Assembly: GCA_963724125.1 (NCBI GenBank)
Contig: CAVRTJ010000003.1
Span: 1,107 to 65,106 of the forward strand
Reading direction: 5' to 3'
DNA from: an uncultured Acidobacteriota bacterium
Lineage (GTDB): Bacteria > Acidobacteriota > UBA4820 > DSQY01
Length of the DNA stretch: 64,000 nt
Position numbers and translations under genes: made by a program. The notes below the pieces were generated by a model that made no database searches, was not told where the DNA came from, and worked only from the letters and a program-made list of their open reading frames with translations. Numbering within the stretch: the stretch's first letter is position 1; every line of letters starts with the position of its first letter. Positions 53,444 to 63,835 of the stretch are shown here, piece after piece.

Positions 53444-53838
53444 GCGGTGATCGGTGATCCAGTGATGGAGGGGGCGTTGGATGTCGATGGATGGTCGACC
53501 GCAGACCGCTGTGGACAGGGGAGAATCGCCGCTAGGGAGCATGGGGGATCGCATGCCGGCTTTCGAAGGCCCCGCCCGCCTTACGACGGGGGTAAAAGGA
53601 GTCAGGGAGTGAAGGGATTAAGTCGATGGTCGATGGTCGGCGTCGAGGCAAACCGGACCGCCGACCGCCAATGCCGTAGGAGCGACCTTCAGGTCGCGAT
53701 CTTGGAGGGCCTTCCGCCTGCCGTTCTTCGTAGCGGCCGCATCCTTGCGGCCGTTTTCGGCCGGTGGGAACCGGCCGCTACAACGGCCCGTCCCTCGCCG
53801 TTTTCAAATCCAAAATCCAAAATCCCAATTCCCAAATC
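53444..53838. repeat. mosaic intergenic repeat locus
   Basis: Modules present: ggtgatcggtgatccagtgatgg; gatgtcgatggatggtcga; ggctttcgaaggccccgcccgcc (53558-53580); gtcgatggtcgatggtcgg; gtaggagcgaccttcaggtcgcgatc (53676-53701); GTAGCGGCCG...CGGCCGCTAC inverted repeat (53730-53781); tcaaatccaaaatccaaaatcccaattcccaaatc (53804-53838), which abuts the stop codon of the next gene. Confidence 0.65.
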
Positions 53839-55478
53839 TATTTCTTCCTCTTGATCATGACCAGGGTGCGGTCGTCGCCGAAGGGCGTACCGGCGGCAAA
53901 GGCGTCGAGCTCCCGAACCAGGGCCGCCGCGGCATCGGCGGGGGACTCCTTCCCTTGCGCGCGAAGAACCTCGGCGAGCCGGTCCTTGCCGAATTCTTCT
54001 TCATCCGGCGAATTGGCTTCGGTGATCCCGTCGGTGTAGATGGTGAGCAGGTCGCCCGGTTCGAGGGTCACCGTCTCCTCGGTGTACTCACCGACGGGCA
54101 TCAGACCGAGCGGCATGCCCGTGGCACCGAGCCATTCCAGTTCGCCCGACGCCCGCACGAGCAGTGGGGGGTTGTGCCCGGCGTTGGCGAAGGTCACCCG
54201 GCCCGAGGCGACGTCGAGCACGGCCAGGAAGGCCGTTGCGTATTTCTCAGGCGTGGTCCGCGCGTACAGGCGGCGCGAAACCCGGTTGAACGTCTCGCCG
54301 GGGCCGAGACCCGTCTCGAGGGGGCCGGCCGAAAGCGACTCCAGCGCCCCCGTCACCAGAGCGGCGGGAAGCCCCTTGCCCGAAACGTCCGCCAGGAAGA
54401 GGATGCACTCCTTTCCGTCGAGGCGCTCGACGGCCTTGTAGAAGTCGCCCGATGTGACGCGCGAAGGTACACTGTCCCCGTACATTTCGTAGCCGGCAAT
54501 CTCGGGGAGGCGGTCCGGCAGGAGAGCGAGCTGGATCCGGCGGGCGAGGGTCACCTCGGCCTCGAGCCGCTTGCGCTCGGAGGCCTCCGCGGCGAGAGCG
54601 ATGTTGCGCAGGCGGAGCGCGGCCACTGAAGCGAGCGACACGAGCAGCTCCATGTCCTCTTCCGTAAATTTTCGAACCGTCGCGTTCGAGCTCAGGGCGA
54701 TCATGCCCAGGGAGCCCTCCGGCCCGAGGAGCGGGGCGGCGACGAGGCTGCGGACGCCCGCACCCAGTATGCTGGCGGCCTCGGCGAAACGCTCGTCCGT
54801 GCGCACGTCGATGGCCAGAGCGGCGAGCCCCTTGCCCGCCACCTCACGGATCAGACTCGTGGAAAGGACGAACTCCGTTCCGCCGGGAACCGCCGACCGG
54901 CTCGCGGCCCTGCGGAACTCGCCTCCGGCGGTCTTGAGGAAAACGGCGCCCTGCTCGGGCTTGAGGTGATTGAAGACGCCGGCGAGCATCTGATCGAGCA
55001 GATCGTCGATGGACTCGGACCGGGCAAGGCTCTGCTGGACGTCGAAGACGAGCTTGAGGCGCTCGGCGTATCGCCTGAGCGCCAGGTCGCCCGCCGCTTC
55101 GCTCTCCGTCGGCACGAACCGGCTCTGGTCCAGGAGTTCCTCGGCCGGGCGGAAGATGGTCCCGTCCACGATACCGCCGCCGCTGGTCGCCGACCTGGCC
55201 TTTTCCTCGATGGCCACCGTGCACCCGCCCATCCGGAGCGACTGGCCCGGCCCGAGGGGCGCGGATGCTTCCAGGCGCCGTCCCTCCAGATAGGTCCCGT
55301 TGCGCGATCCGAGGTCCTCCACAAACCACCGTCCGTCTTCCTGAAAAAGGCGGGCGTGCTCCCGGGAGAGAGAAGGATCGGGCAGGGGCAGGTCCGCCTT
55401 GGAAGACCGCCCGATCACGAGAGCCTCACCTGTCAATTCGTGCTCCAAGAGCTTTCCGTCGGGCGTGATGATGCGCAT
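53838..55478 (-). CDS. FHA-GAF-PP2C (SpoIIE-type) phosphatase, intact paralog
   Basis: ATG 55478 (MRIITPDGKLLEHEL). FHA domain: IGRSSKADLPLPDPSLSREHARL...GSRNGTYLEG. A GAF-like region follows. Then SGDFYKAV...ADVSGKGLPAAL, ANAGHNPPLL, IYTDGITEA, DDRTLVMIKRKK. Confidence 0.85.
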   Translation of the reverse strand: MRIITPDGKLLEHELTGEALVIGRSSKADLPLPDPSLSREHARLFQEDGRWFVEDLGSRNGTYLEGRRLEASAPLGPGQSLRMGGCTVAIEEKARSATSGGGIVDGTIFRPAEELLDQSRFVPTESEAAGDLALRRYAERLKLVFDVQQSLARSESIDDLLDQMLAGVFNHLKPEQGAVFLKTAGGEFRRAASRSAVPGGTEFVLSTSLIREVAGKGLAALAIDVRTDERFAEAASILGAGVRSLVAAPLLGPEGSLGMIALSSNATVRKFTEEDMELLVSLASVAALRLRNIALAAEASERKRLEAEVTLARRIQLALLPDRLPEIAGYEMYGDSVPSRVTSGDFYKAVERLDGKECILFLADVSGKGLPAALVTGALESLSAGPLETGLGPGETFNRVSRRLYARTTPEKYATAFLAVLDVASGRVTFANAGHNPPLLVRASGELEWLGATGMPLGLMPVGEYTEETVTLEPGDLLTIYTDGITEANSPDEEEFGKDRLAEVLRAQGKESPADAAAALVRELDAFAAGTPFGDDRTLVMIKRKK

Positions 55479-55613
55479 GCGGATCACGGTCGGTCCTCCT
55501 AGAGAAATCGGATGCACCTAGCCTCCACGTTGTATCCTAGCACGGCGGGCCGCTGGCGAAGAAGGAAAGAAAGCGAAGGATTCGGTCGGGTCCCGGCCGA
55601 GAAAACGGGGATG

Positions 55614-56384
55614 TCAATCCGTTTCGGCCCTGAACCGCTCGCCCGCGATCACGCCGTACCGCACAACGTCGAGGTCGCCTCCCACGACGTCCTCCCGCGC
55701 GCCGGTCGTGTCCAGAGAAAGCCTCCAGATGTGCAGGCTGGACAGGGTCCCGCGCAGATGCTCCGTCAGATCGTCAAAAACGCCGCTGAGTTCGTAACGG
55801 ACGGCATCCTCATCCCGCTCCCAGAGCGTCACGGAGAGAGCCTGGTTGGGACGCGTCACGCCCTCGACCAGGTAGGCGGCCAGGCAACCCTTGAATGTCA
55901 GGAGCTTCGGGATGATCGTCCGTCTGTAGCGTTCGGCGAGCTCGTCCGCTTGTCCTTCCCTGACAAGCAGCGACACGATGCGAACGTGCAATTGGGGCAG
56001 CGAGGCCGGACCGCCATCGTTCGCCCCCGTACTCGTCACCACTTCGTAAGCCTTCGCCTCGGGGGACTTGAGCGGGACTTCGAGGCCTACCCCAGACTCG
56101 TCCGACAGTACGGCCTTCCATTCGCCCGAAGGGGTGAGAAACGCGCCCGCTTCGTTCATCATGTCGTCGAACAGGTTGCTGTCCTCGTGCTCCTCCAGCG
56201 CCTCCCGCCCTTCCCAAAGGGTCAGGGACAGGCACTCCCCGGACGGGAGGGCCGGCTGGAGAAGCCTCGCCGAGAGACATCCACCCGTCTCGCGAAGCGC
56301 GGGGATAACCCGCGACCGGTACCATTGCGCCAGTTCCTTGAGCTTGTCCTCCCTGACTTTGAGCGGCAAAAATCGCATGTACAT
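55614..56384 (-). CDS. hypothetical protein, two tandem ABM/Dabb-like (ferredoxin-fold) halves
   Basis: Internal duplication: ...LSLTLWEGREALEEHEDSNLFDD... and ...LSVTLWERDEDAVRYELSGVFDD... The function assignment is weak. Confidence 0.5.
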   Translation of the reverse strand: MYMRFLPLKVREDKLKELAQWYRSRVIPALRETGGCLSARLLQPALPSGECLSLTLWEGREALEEHEDSNLFDDMMNEAGAFLTPSGEWKAVLSDESGVGLEVPLKSPEAKAYEVVTSTGANDGGPASLPQLHVRIVSLLVREGQADELAERYRRTIIPKLLTFKGCLAAYLVEGVTRPNQALSVTLWERDEDAVRYELSGVFDDLTEHLRGTLSSLHIWRLSLDTTGAREDVVGGDLDVVRYGVIAGERFRAETD

Positions 56385-56616
56385 GATAGGCCTCTCTACT
56401 TTGACATCCGATTCCTTCGGACGGAGGGGAAGCCTGAAGCCCGGAGAGAACCGCCCGAGTCTCCCTTCTCCCTCGTTCGCGCCCGGTGCCCCGCGCTGCC
56501 CCGCGCAGAAAGAAATCCGTTGAGAAGACCCGGTTGCGTAATCACTTCTGGTAACAACTTGCTACGTCACATTGTTTCCTATCCAATATAGCGACGGTGC
56601 GCGGCGGAGGCAATTA

Positions 56617-56835
56617 GGTGGGAATTTAGGATTTTGGTTCGGGATTGGGGATTTTAAGGACAAAAAGAGGAACTGAGGAAAGAACTTCTCCCTAAGGCTA
56701 AGGGCTAAAGGTACTGCCCATGATATCTCCCCTGCTACGTAACGGTAGCTTTACCTGGCTTCCGACCCGGCGGTAGGCCTTCGAAGGTCGCCTGCCGACC
56801 GTTTAGCCTTTTGGCTTTAGGCCTTGGCCCTTCAC
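56617..56835. repeat. mosaic intergenic repeat locus
   Basis: Modules present: ggtgggaatttaggattttggttcgggattggggattttaagg (56617-56659); cctaaggctaagggctaaagg; ggccttcgaaggtcgcctgcc (56776-56795); tttagccttttggctttaggccttggccc; cttcacttcactcgatcac. Confidence 0.6.
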
Positions 56836-56873
56836 TTCACTCGATCACTAGCAGGCTGCAAGACCACCGATCT

Positions 56874-57347
56874 TCAAAAAAGGAAAGGGACCATCCGTTT
56901 CGTCCGGCGGGCGTAGGCCGGGTACTCGGGGAACTCGCGGAGGAGGCAGCGTTCCTCGCACCCGATCCGCACCAGCGCGCCGACGGTGACCAGCAGCGCG
57001 AGGAGCGCCGTGAGGTGTGACGGCGTCCCGAAGAACGCGGCCCAGACGAAGAGACAGACCGCCGTGTAGATCGGGTGCCGGATGAACCGGTAGGGCCCCG
57101 TCGTGACAAGTCCGCCCTCGGTGGGTTCGGCGCTGAGATGGAAACTCCGGCCCTTGAACGTGACGCGCGCCCACACCATGAGGGCGAACGCGGCGACCTG
57201 CACGGCGATGACCGCCGGGAGGGGGGAGACAATCGTCCGGGTGACGACAAACCCCACCGCGCCCCCGGCCATCAGCGCATACCCGAAGATGGACAACATC
57301 TTCAACATGGTGGAAACCTCGATGAGACGATCCGCCGGACGGCGCAC
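56874..57347 (-). CDS. isoprenylcysteine carboxyl methyltransferase (ICMT/PEMT-like) family membrane protein
   Basis: LVTTGPYRFIRHPIYTAVCLFVWAAFF...EERCLLREFPEYPAYARRTKRMVPF. An alternative start is ATG 57308. Confidence 0.75.
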   Translation of the reverse strand: MRRPADRLIEVSTMLKMLSIFGYALMAGGAVGFVVTRTIVSPLPAVIAVQVAAFALMVWARVTFKGRSFHLSAEPTEGGLVTTGPYRFIRHPIYTAVCLFVWAAFFGTPSHLTALLALLVTVGALVRIGCEERCLLREFPEYPAYARRTKRMVPFLF

Positions 57348-57433
57348 CGCCCCGACGCGCCGCCCCTGGACCAGAAGTCAGCCTAGGTCGGCCCCGTGGT
57401 TGAGTCAAACCTGTGTGCGGGAAAGGGAAGAAA

Positions 57434-57997
57434 TCAGGTCCCGCGGTACCCGCCGCCCTCTTCGGCGGTCCGGATGGCACTCTCCTGCGCCATCATCGAC
57501 CGGGGCAGATACACGGCCATCAAGACGCCTACGACGAAGAATATCAATCCGGCCCCCGGCAGCACTAAAGATTGTCCCATCAGGCCGGGCTCGAGCAGGC
57601 ATTCATCCGGATGGCCCGGCATGTAGTGAACGGTGACGGGCGTCCCCTTCGGGTAGCGGTTGACGATGCGCCGTGCGTGCGACGTACTGCTGGAGCCGTA
57701 GTCCCCGTAAGCAACGCGCGTCCCGTCGTAGGTGGCGCCGTTCACTCTGAACTCGTAGCGGATGCCCGCGTGATAGGTCACCCTGGTGCCCTTGCTCCCG
57801 CTGGTGACGTGGCGTTCGACCGAGGACGCCAGCACCGTGCCGGGGGCCGTGGGCCAGTTCACGCTGGCCCGGGCCTTGAGAAGGCCGCGGATCCCAGTGA
57901 GCATCACGATCGCACCGGCCACCACGAAAATGAGTGGGAAAACCCGCGAGAAGAAGAACCGCATACCCGGCGACATCTGTCTCCTGGACGACGGCAT
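57434..57997 (-). CDS. DUF3592-like membrane protein
   Basis: A TM segment, then WPTAPGTVLASSVERH...YHAGIRYEFRVNGATYDGTRV...GTPVTVHYMPGHPDECLLEPG, then a second TM segment. Confidence 0.6.
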   Translation of the reverse strand: MPSSRRQMSPGMRFFFSRVFPLIFVVAGAIVMLTGIRGLLKARASVNWPTAPGTVLASSVERHVTSGSKGTRVTYHAGIRYEFRVNGATYDGTRVAYGDYGSSSTSHARRIVNRYPKGTPVTVHYMPGHPDECLLEPGLMGQSLVLPGAGLIFFVVGVLMAVYLPRSMMAQESAIRTAEEGGGYRGT

Positions 57998-58194
57998 GAT
58001 CTCACCCCCTGCCGCGCTCGGACGGGGCCGCACGGCCTGGCCCCGCCCTTCGCCGGCACACTGGCAATTCGAAATACGTTGGATGCTCTCTCCCCGGATG
58101 TCGGACCGGCTTCAGGTTCGGGGCCAGTGTATGCTTGCACCGGGCGCGGATCAATCCACGCGAGCGGGCCGCGACGGCGGGTAGCTTGCCGCGC

Positions 58195-59034
58195 CTACTT
58201 TTTCATCTCCTGCTTTTCCGCCATTGAGGAGGGCGAACGGTAGGAGAGTTCGGGGACGTACCACTGGCCCTCGCCTTTGTACTTGCGGGTTATTGCCATG
58301 ATCTCATCCACGAGCTTCATTCCATCTTCCCCTATGGCCTTGTTGAAGGCTTGCATCTCCGTCTCGTAATCGCCGGGGTTCTTGGCGACCGAAATGACCA
58401 CGAAGAGCGGCATCTCTTCTCCGAAGACGACCGAGTAGGCCATCCAGGGGTCCGCGAAGCCCCCCTTGGCCGCGGCGTCGGCCAGCTTCCGGCTGAGGTC
58501 CATGAAGGCCTTTTCCTTGCCCGGCTGCACGTAGAAGTAGTCGTACCAGCGGTATCTGGCCTCGTCGAGCTTGAGCCTGGGCTCCTTGGGATGGTAGGAG
58601 GCCTTGTCGATCCGCATGGCGATGATCCGCTCCATGCACACCAGGGTCTCGGCCATGCGCTTTTCCAGCGCCTCCCACTTCGCCTTGTCCGGTCCCTGGC
58701 CCAGCTTCATCCACGCCTCGTACATGGTGTCCAGGTCGGCCATGTTCTTGGCGGGGGTGACGTAGCTGTAGGTCAGGGAGTTTTCGCTCTTGAAGCCCCA
58801 GAAATCGAACGCCGGGGCATCGAGCTTCTCCTCCTTCATCAGGGCCACCATGTCCAGGGCGCCCGCTTTGTACGCCTTCAGCATGGACGGCTTCACGTGG
58901 TCCATGTAGACCACGACCAGCCCGGGCTCCTTGGCTTCCTCCGTTACTTTGGGTTTTTCCTGAGCCCACAGGGCCAGGGACGACAGTGCGAGCAGTACGC
59001 TCGCGGCGGCGACGAAACCTCTCTTCCACGTCAT
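58195..59034 (-). CDS. secreted hypothetical protein (279 aa)
   Basis: GGGAGGA precedes ATG 59034. Signal peptide MTWKRGFVAAASVLLALSSLALWAQ. The ORF is intact. No family recognised. Confidence 0.6.
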   Translation of the reverse strand: MTWKRGFVAAASVLLALSSLALWAQEKPKVTEEAKEPGLVVVYMDHVKPSMLKAYKAGALDMVALMKEEKLDAPAFDFWGFKSENSLTYSYVTPAKNMADLDTMYEAWMKLGQGPDKAKWEALEKRMAETLVCMERIIAMRIDKASYHPKEPRLKLDEARYRWYDYFYVQPGKEKAFMDLSRKLADAAAKGGFADPWMAYSVVFGEEMPLFVVISVAKNPGDYETEMQAFNKAIGEDGMKLVDEIMAITRKYKGEGQWYVPELSYRSPSSMAEKQEMKK

Positions 59035-59404
59035 GGGGTCCTCCCTCGGGCTTCGCCCGATCGAAACTCTAACTGGTTTAATGCCAATAAGTTAGAGCCT
59101 GGAGGCCCCACCGTCCACCGGCGCACGGCTTAGTCGCGAATGGCCGTGGATTCCGGCCTTTTGTGGAAGATAGAAGAGGCAAGGCGGGGGGAACGGAGAT
59201 TCGGCATGCCCGGGCAACGTGATCAGATGGGAACGGACCGGCGGCGGCTGGCCCGCAGGTTTCCGAGAGGGTTTAAAAGGTTGAGAATGACCGCGGGGAC
59301 CAGGGCACGGCGGAAAGCGACCCCAGAGGCCTGCCCCCAACGTGCTTCATGGCCGGTGCCCCGGCGTGGCCGAGCGCAGGGTGCCGCAGGCACCGGCGCG
59401 ACCG

Positions 59405-59471
<67 letters not shown>

Positions 59472-59482
59472 GCGCACCGCCG

Positions 59483-61102
59483 TCAGCCTTCGAACCCCTC
59501 CGTGACGTACCGGCCGCCGCGGGTTTTCAGCCATTCTTCCTTGGGCACGCTGTGGGCCCGTTCCACGTCCGTCCTGAACACACGGCCCGAGTTGTAGGTG
59601 CAGAAGGGGTAGATGCGTCCATCCGGGGCCGAGTAGTGGATGGTGCAGCGCTTCACGCGGTCCACCTGGAAATTGTAGGCGTCCATGAAGTGCATGGAGG
59701 CGACCAGCAGGAGCCGCCAGTGGTAGCGGCGCTTTTTTGCGATACCCATGATGCGCTTGCCCGAGATGGCGTCGATGGTCTTGGCAAGCTCCAGGAACCG
59801 GAGGCCCTCGGGAGCGCGCTCCGGGCGGAAGGTCTTGAGCAGGATCGAGAAAAACTGGGCGGTGGCGTAGAGCCGCGACGGATGCGCCCCCGTCTTGCGT
59901 CCGAGTTCGTCGATGAGCCTCAAGGTCCGGTCGATCTCGAAAAGTTCGTTCACCGGCACCGAGACCCCCGTCTCCTGGTTCACCAGGAGGAACGCCGATA
60001 CGCCGCAGTCGGGGTGGGAGTTGCAGACCATGGGCAGGAAGCCGTTGGAGTCCTCGCCGAGGACGTTGTCGACGACCCGGGCGAAGGGGGCGGTAATGGA
60101 GAAGGGATACCAGTCCCGGTTGGCCACCAGGAGTCCCGTCTGCCGTTCGATGTCCACGGCCAGGTCGCTGGAGGTGTACCTCCGGGCGACTGAGCTCGGC
60201 CTCGTCCACCCGCCCGTAAAGGCGACGGGCTGGGGCGCCACCCCCACCACGACGTCCAGGTTGCGGATGGCGAAGCGGAGAATGTCCCCAACCTGGTGGT
60301 CGTTGACCCCCTTGACCAGGGTCGGAACCAGAGTCACGCGGATGCCCGCCCGGCGGCAGGCGTCGACGGCCCGGAGCTTCGGGAGCCGAGCCCCTTCACG
60401 CCTCGCGTGGCCTCGTAGATCTCGTCGGTCACGCCGTCGAACTGCAGGTAGATCGCGTTCGATCCCGCGGCGGCGGACTGTTCCGCAAAACCCTCCTCCG
60501 GGGCGAACCGGATGCCGTTGGTGGCGGCCTGGATCATCTTGGCATCGCGCTCCTTCGCCATCCGGCAGGCGTCAAAAAAGTGGGGGGAGAGGGTCGGTTC
60601 GCCGCCCGAGAACTGGATGGCCTGCATCCGCTTGGGGCGCACCGCCAGGGCCCGGTCCATCATGTCGCGGATCTGATCCAGGCCGGGCTCGTAGACGTAT
60701 GGCTGAACGTTGGCGTTGGCGAAGCACACGGGGCACTTCAGGTTGCACCGGTTGGTCAGATCGAGGATGGTCATGCTGGCGTTCGAGAGGTGGCCGGCGC
60801 AGAGACCGCACCCCGAAGGGCAGTTCCCCACCTCCTCGACGGGTGTCGAGGTCACTGGTCGACGCGTCCACCTCGTACCGCTCCATCCTCAGGAAAACCT
60901 CGGCGTTTCCGGCCACGACATCATCGAAGGAACCGTGCTCGGGGCAGCTCTTGCGCATGAGCACCCGTCCGTCCTGCTCGAAAAGCTGTGCGGGAAGCAC
61001 CGACAGGCACTCGGGGCAGAGCGACTCCACCGATCTGGGCAGCCCCAGCGGCATCCTTGGCGTCTCCTTGCAGAAAAACGGCTGCGGCTTCCCTTTTTTC
61101 AC
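59483..61102 (-). pseudogene. COG1964-type radical SAM protein (Tes / GDGT-MAS-like architecture), at least 2 frame changes (~60850, ~60340)
   Basis: GGAGGTGA plus a GTG start at 61102. LCPECLSVLPAQLF...KSCPEHG (ORF 60572..61186). CPSGCGLCAGH...LDLTNRCNLKCPVCFANA...IQFSGGEPT (ORF 60334..60855). TLVPTLVKGVNDHQV...CTIHYSAPDGRIYPFCTYNSG (ORF 59483..60337). Confidence 0.75.
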
Positions 61103-61246
61103 GATTTCACCTCCATGCTGTCCTTCATTTTCAGGCCCGTCACGAGCCCGGATACCATCGTGGTCGCACCTGACCGTTCCCGCCACGCGCCAACCAAATT
61201 CTATGGCGGAGGGGCGGCCCGGCTCAAGGTGCCGACTGCCGGCGAC

Positions 61247-62590
61247 TCAGTTTACAGCCTTCTCCTTCGGGAAGGCGCGCCGGGTGTCGGGACGGTAGCG
61301 GCGGTAGGTCCCGTCCTCGACCTCCCGCCGGACCACGGTCTTGAAGAGATCGGCCATCTTGAGCGCGTGATCGCTGCCCCGGTAAAAGGTATCCCAGGCA
61401 TAGAAGTACATCTCCTGCAGCTTTTCGGGGGTCATGCGTTTGGGCCTGAAGACGACCTTGTCGCAGGTGTAGAGCCGCCAGTCGTTGCTCAGGATCCTGT
61501 CTTGCGCCTCGAGCTGCTCGCGGATGGGGGAGTGCGGGAAGGGCGTCATCACCGTGAACTCCGCCACGTCCAGCTTGATCTCCAGAAGGAAATCCACGAG
61601 CTCTCCTGATGTAGTCTTCGTCCTGTTCGTCCGTCCCGAGGATGACGGTCGCCTCCACCGCGATGCCGTGGTCCTTGAGGCGCCGTATCCGATTGCGGAT
61701 GAAGTCCGAGTTATCGAAGACCGCCTGGTAGACGTAGCAGGCCCCCGCCCGCCCGCCAGGTCCAGGATCTCGTCGTCGTCCAGGATGGGGTGGACACCCA
61801 CTTTTCTTGAGCGGGCCATTGCCGTCAAGAGGTCCACCAGCGACTCCCGGTCCTGGGCCAGGGAGTGTCGACGATGAACATCCGGTTGTTCGGGATGGTC
61901 TCCTTTTCTTCTATGACCTGGGAGTTCGGCCTTGGACAGGAGAGCGCCTCCGACCAGTCGCCCGTCCAGCACAGGAAAGCCGTTGAACTACAGCCCGCGA
62001 GGCATGGACCAGATCGGCATCTCGGTCCCGCGGTCGGTCTCGAGCCCGCGCTTCAGGATCGCCCCAGAGCGCACCGTCGCCAGCGAGGGCGATCTCAGGC
62101 GGGGCGTCCATGTCGTCGTTGAGCCGCTTCGACAGCCAGCCGGGAATACCTCCAGGACCACAACAGAAGCGCCTTCCACCTTGGCCAGGAGGACCAAGTT
62201 CGGCGTGGAGCACGACCTCCTCCGCGTGGAGCATGACGACGATCCCGCCGAGAAGATGACTCGGCACGCCGCTTGCCCTGAACCGGTCCGCGATGGCGAA
62301 GGCACGCGGGAGCTGACTCGTGAGCATGACGCTGAGAGCCACGATGTCGGCACCTTCCGTCGTCCACCTCCTGGAGGTTCTCGTCCATGAAGCTCAACTC
62401 CACCTCTTCGGCACCTCGGCGGCGAAACCGCGGGGCCATGAGGCGGCAGCTGGAGACTCCGTCTGGCGCTCCAGCTTCGGCCGACTCGGGTCAGTCGGCT
62501 CCCGGTCCGATCACGCCGCGTCTACGGTCTGTCGGCCCGCTGACTCGGCCCTCCGAGGCGGGGTGAAGGACGACTCCGCGCTTCTGTCCT
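61247..62590 (-). pseudogene. B12-binding-domain (class B) radical SAM protein, many frame changes
   Basis: Fragments in three frames: RRRGAEEVELSFMDENLQEVDDG; ALSVMLTSQLPRAFAIADRFRASGVP; and the C-terminal VDFLLEIKLDVAEFTVMTPFPHSPIREQLEAQDRILSNDWRLYTCDKVVFRPKRMTPEKLQEMYFYAWDTFY (ORF 61247..61972). The 5' boundary is uncertain. Confidence 0.6.
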
Positions 62591-62605
62591 CTGAATTAAT
62601 CGTAT

Positions 62606-63663
62606 CACAGCGTGGCGCCGGTTAACTCGACGCGCCGCCGCCGACGGCTTCTGCCAATCCAGAACCGAAGGGCGGGCGAGGACCCGGCGGGAGCCGCCGC
62701 TGCCGATCTGGCTGCCCAGGTGACGGCGGCGGGCAGACCGAGAAGGAGGCGGGCGGGCTGAGGGTCGAAGCCACGTCCGCGGCGTCGGCCACCGCACCCA
62801 GCACCTCCCCCACGCCCCGTCTAGAGGCCGACCATAATAGGTGCCCACCACGGCGTAGACGTCCCTGAGGAGCCCCGTAAACGTTACCGGTTGTGGTTCC
62901 GCCGACCTTACATCAGCCCGCCAGAATACTCCCCGAGGAAGTATGCACCCGCGTGGGCCCGCGCCTTTGTCCACGCCAAGCCCACCAAATAGGAGCCGAG
63001 TGCGCGTTGTTGACCCACCCGCTTTGCGTCCGGGGACAGCGCCTCGCCGCGGCGACCCAGCACAACTTGGCCACCGGCCGGTTATCCAGTTCAGGCGCGG
63101 CGCCGTTGAGGCCCTCCACGTGTGTGAGGAGCCCCCGGCAGGTCTGCAATGTAGGCCTGTAAGGGACTCTGGCCGAGGTGCGGTTGGAAGGGATCGTCCA
63201 GCGCGCACAGGAGCCCGCGTTCCCGGCAGTAAGCCACCACCTCGCGGACGTCCCCCCTGAGCGCCTGAAGACGCCGATGGTCCTCTCCGTGATGTCAAGG
63301 ACGTGGACGTGCACCCCTGCTCCATTTCGGGAAAGGCGGCTCCGCCTCCTCGCCCGCGATGACCAGGGCGAGATCCACCCCCGGCTGGTCCAGGAGGCGC
63401 AGCGCGCCTTCTATGGCATTGTCGTCAGTAATGGCCACGAAGCGCATCCCGCGCGCCAGCGCTGCGTCGTAGACGGCCCGGGGCTCGCTGTAGCAGTCGC
63501 GAGGGTGGATGAAGCGGAGGTGCCTCCAGCCTGAATAGCGGGTATGCACGTGCAGTCGGCCAGGGCCTCGGGCAGTGTGCTCCCATGGGCATGGATTGTC
63601 CCACGGGTGAGGACCTGCGCGAAGGACGGCGCACGCGCATCTGCCCCCCTCCGCGTGCGGCAT
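62606..63663 (-). pseudogene. PHP-domain phosphoesterase, many frame changes
   Basis: GRLHVHTRYSG...AVYDAALARGMRFVAITDDNAIEGAL (ORF 63295..63906). VHVHVLDITER (ORF 62913..63314). DHRRLQALRGDVREVVAYCRERGL lies in a third frame. Both boundaries are uncertain. Confidence 0.5.
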
Positions 63664-63751
63664 CGTGAGGAGCTCCGGGAGAATTGAGCAGACCCCACGC
63701 ACGACGGACGCGAACCGGCGTGCGTCAAGGGAGCGCCCACCGTGCTCGTGA

Positions 63752-63808
63752 ACCTTCCCTTTTCTTGGCCTTTCGCCTCTCACCCTTTGCCCTTTCCCCC
63801 CTGTGACC
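63752..63808. repeat. heptamer-phased CCTTTNN tract
   Basis: cccttttcttggcctttcgcctctcaccctttgccctttcccccc, related to 40078-40112 and the other tracts listed there. Confidence 0.45.
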
Positions 63809-63835
63809 TTTTCCGTCCTGCGGTACTCTCTAACC

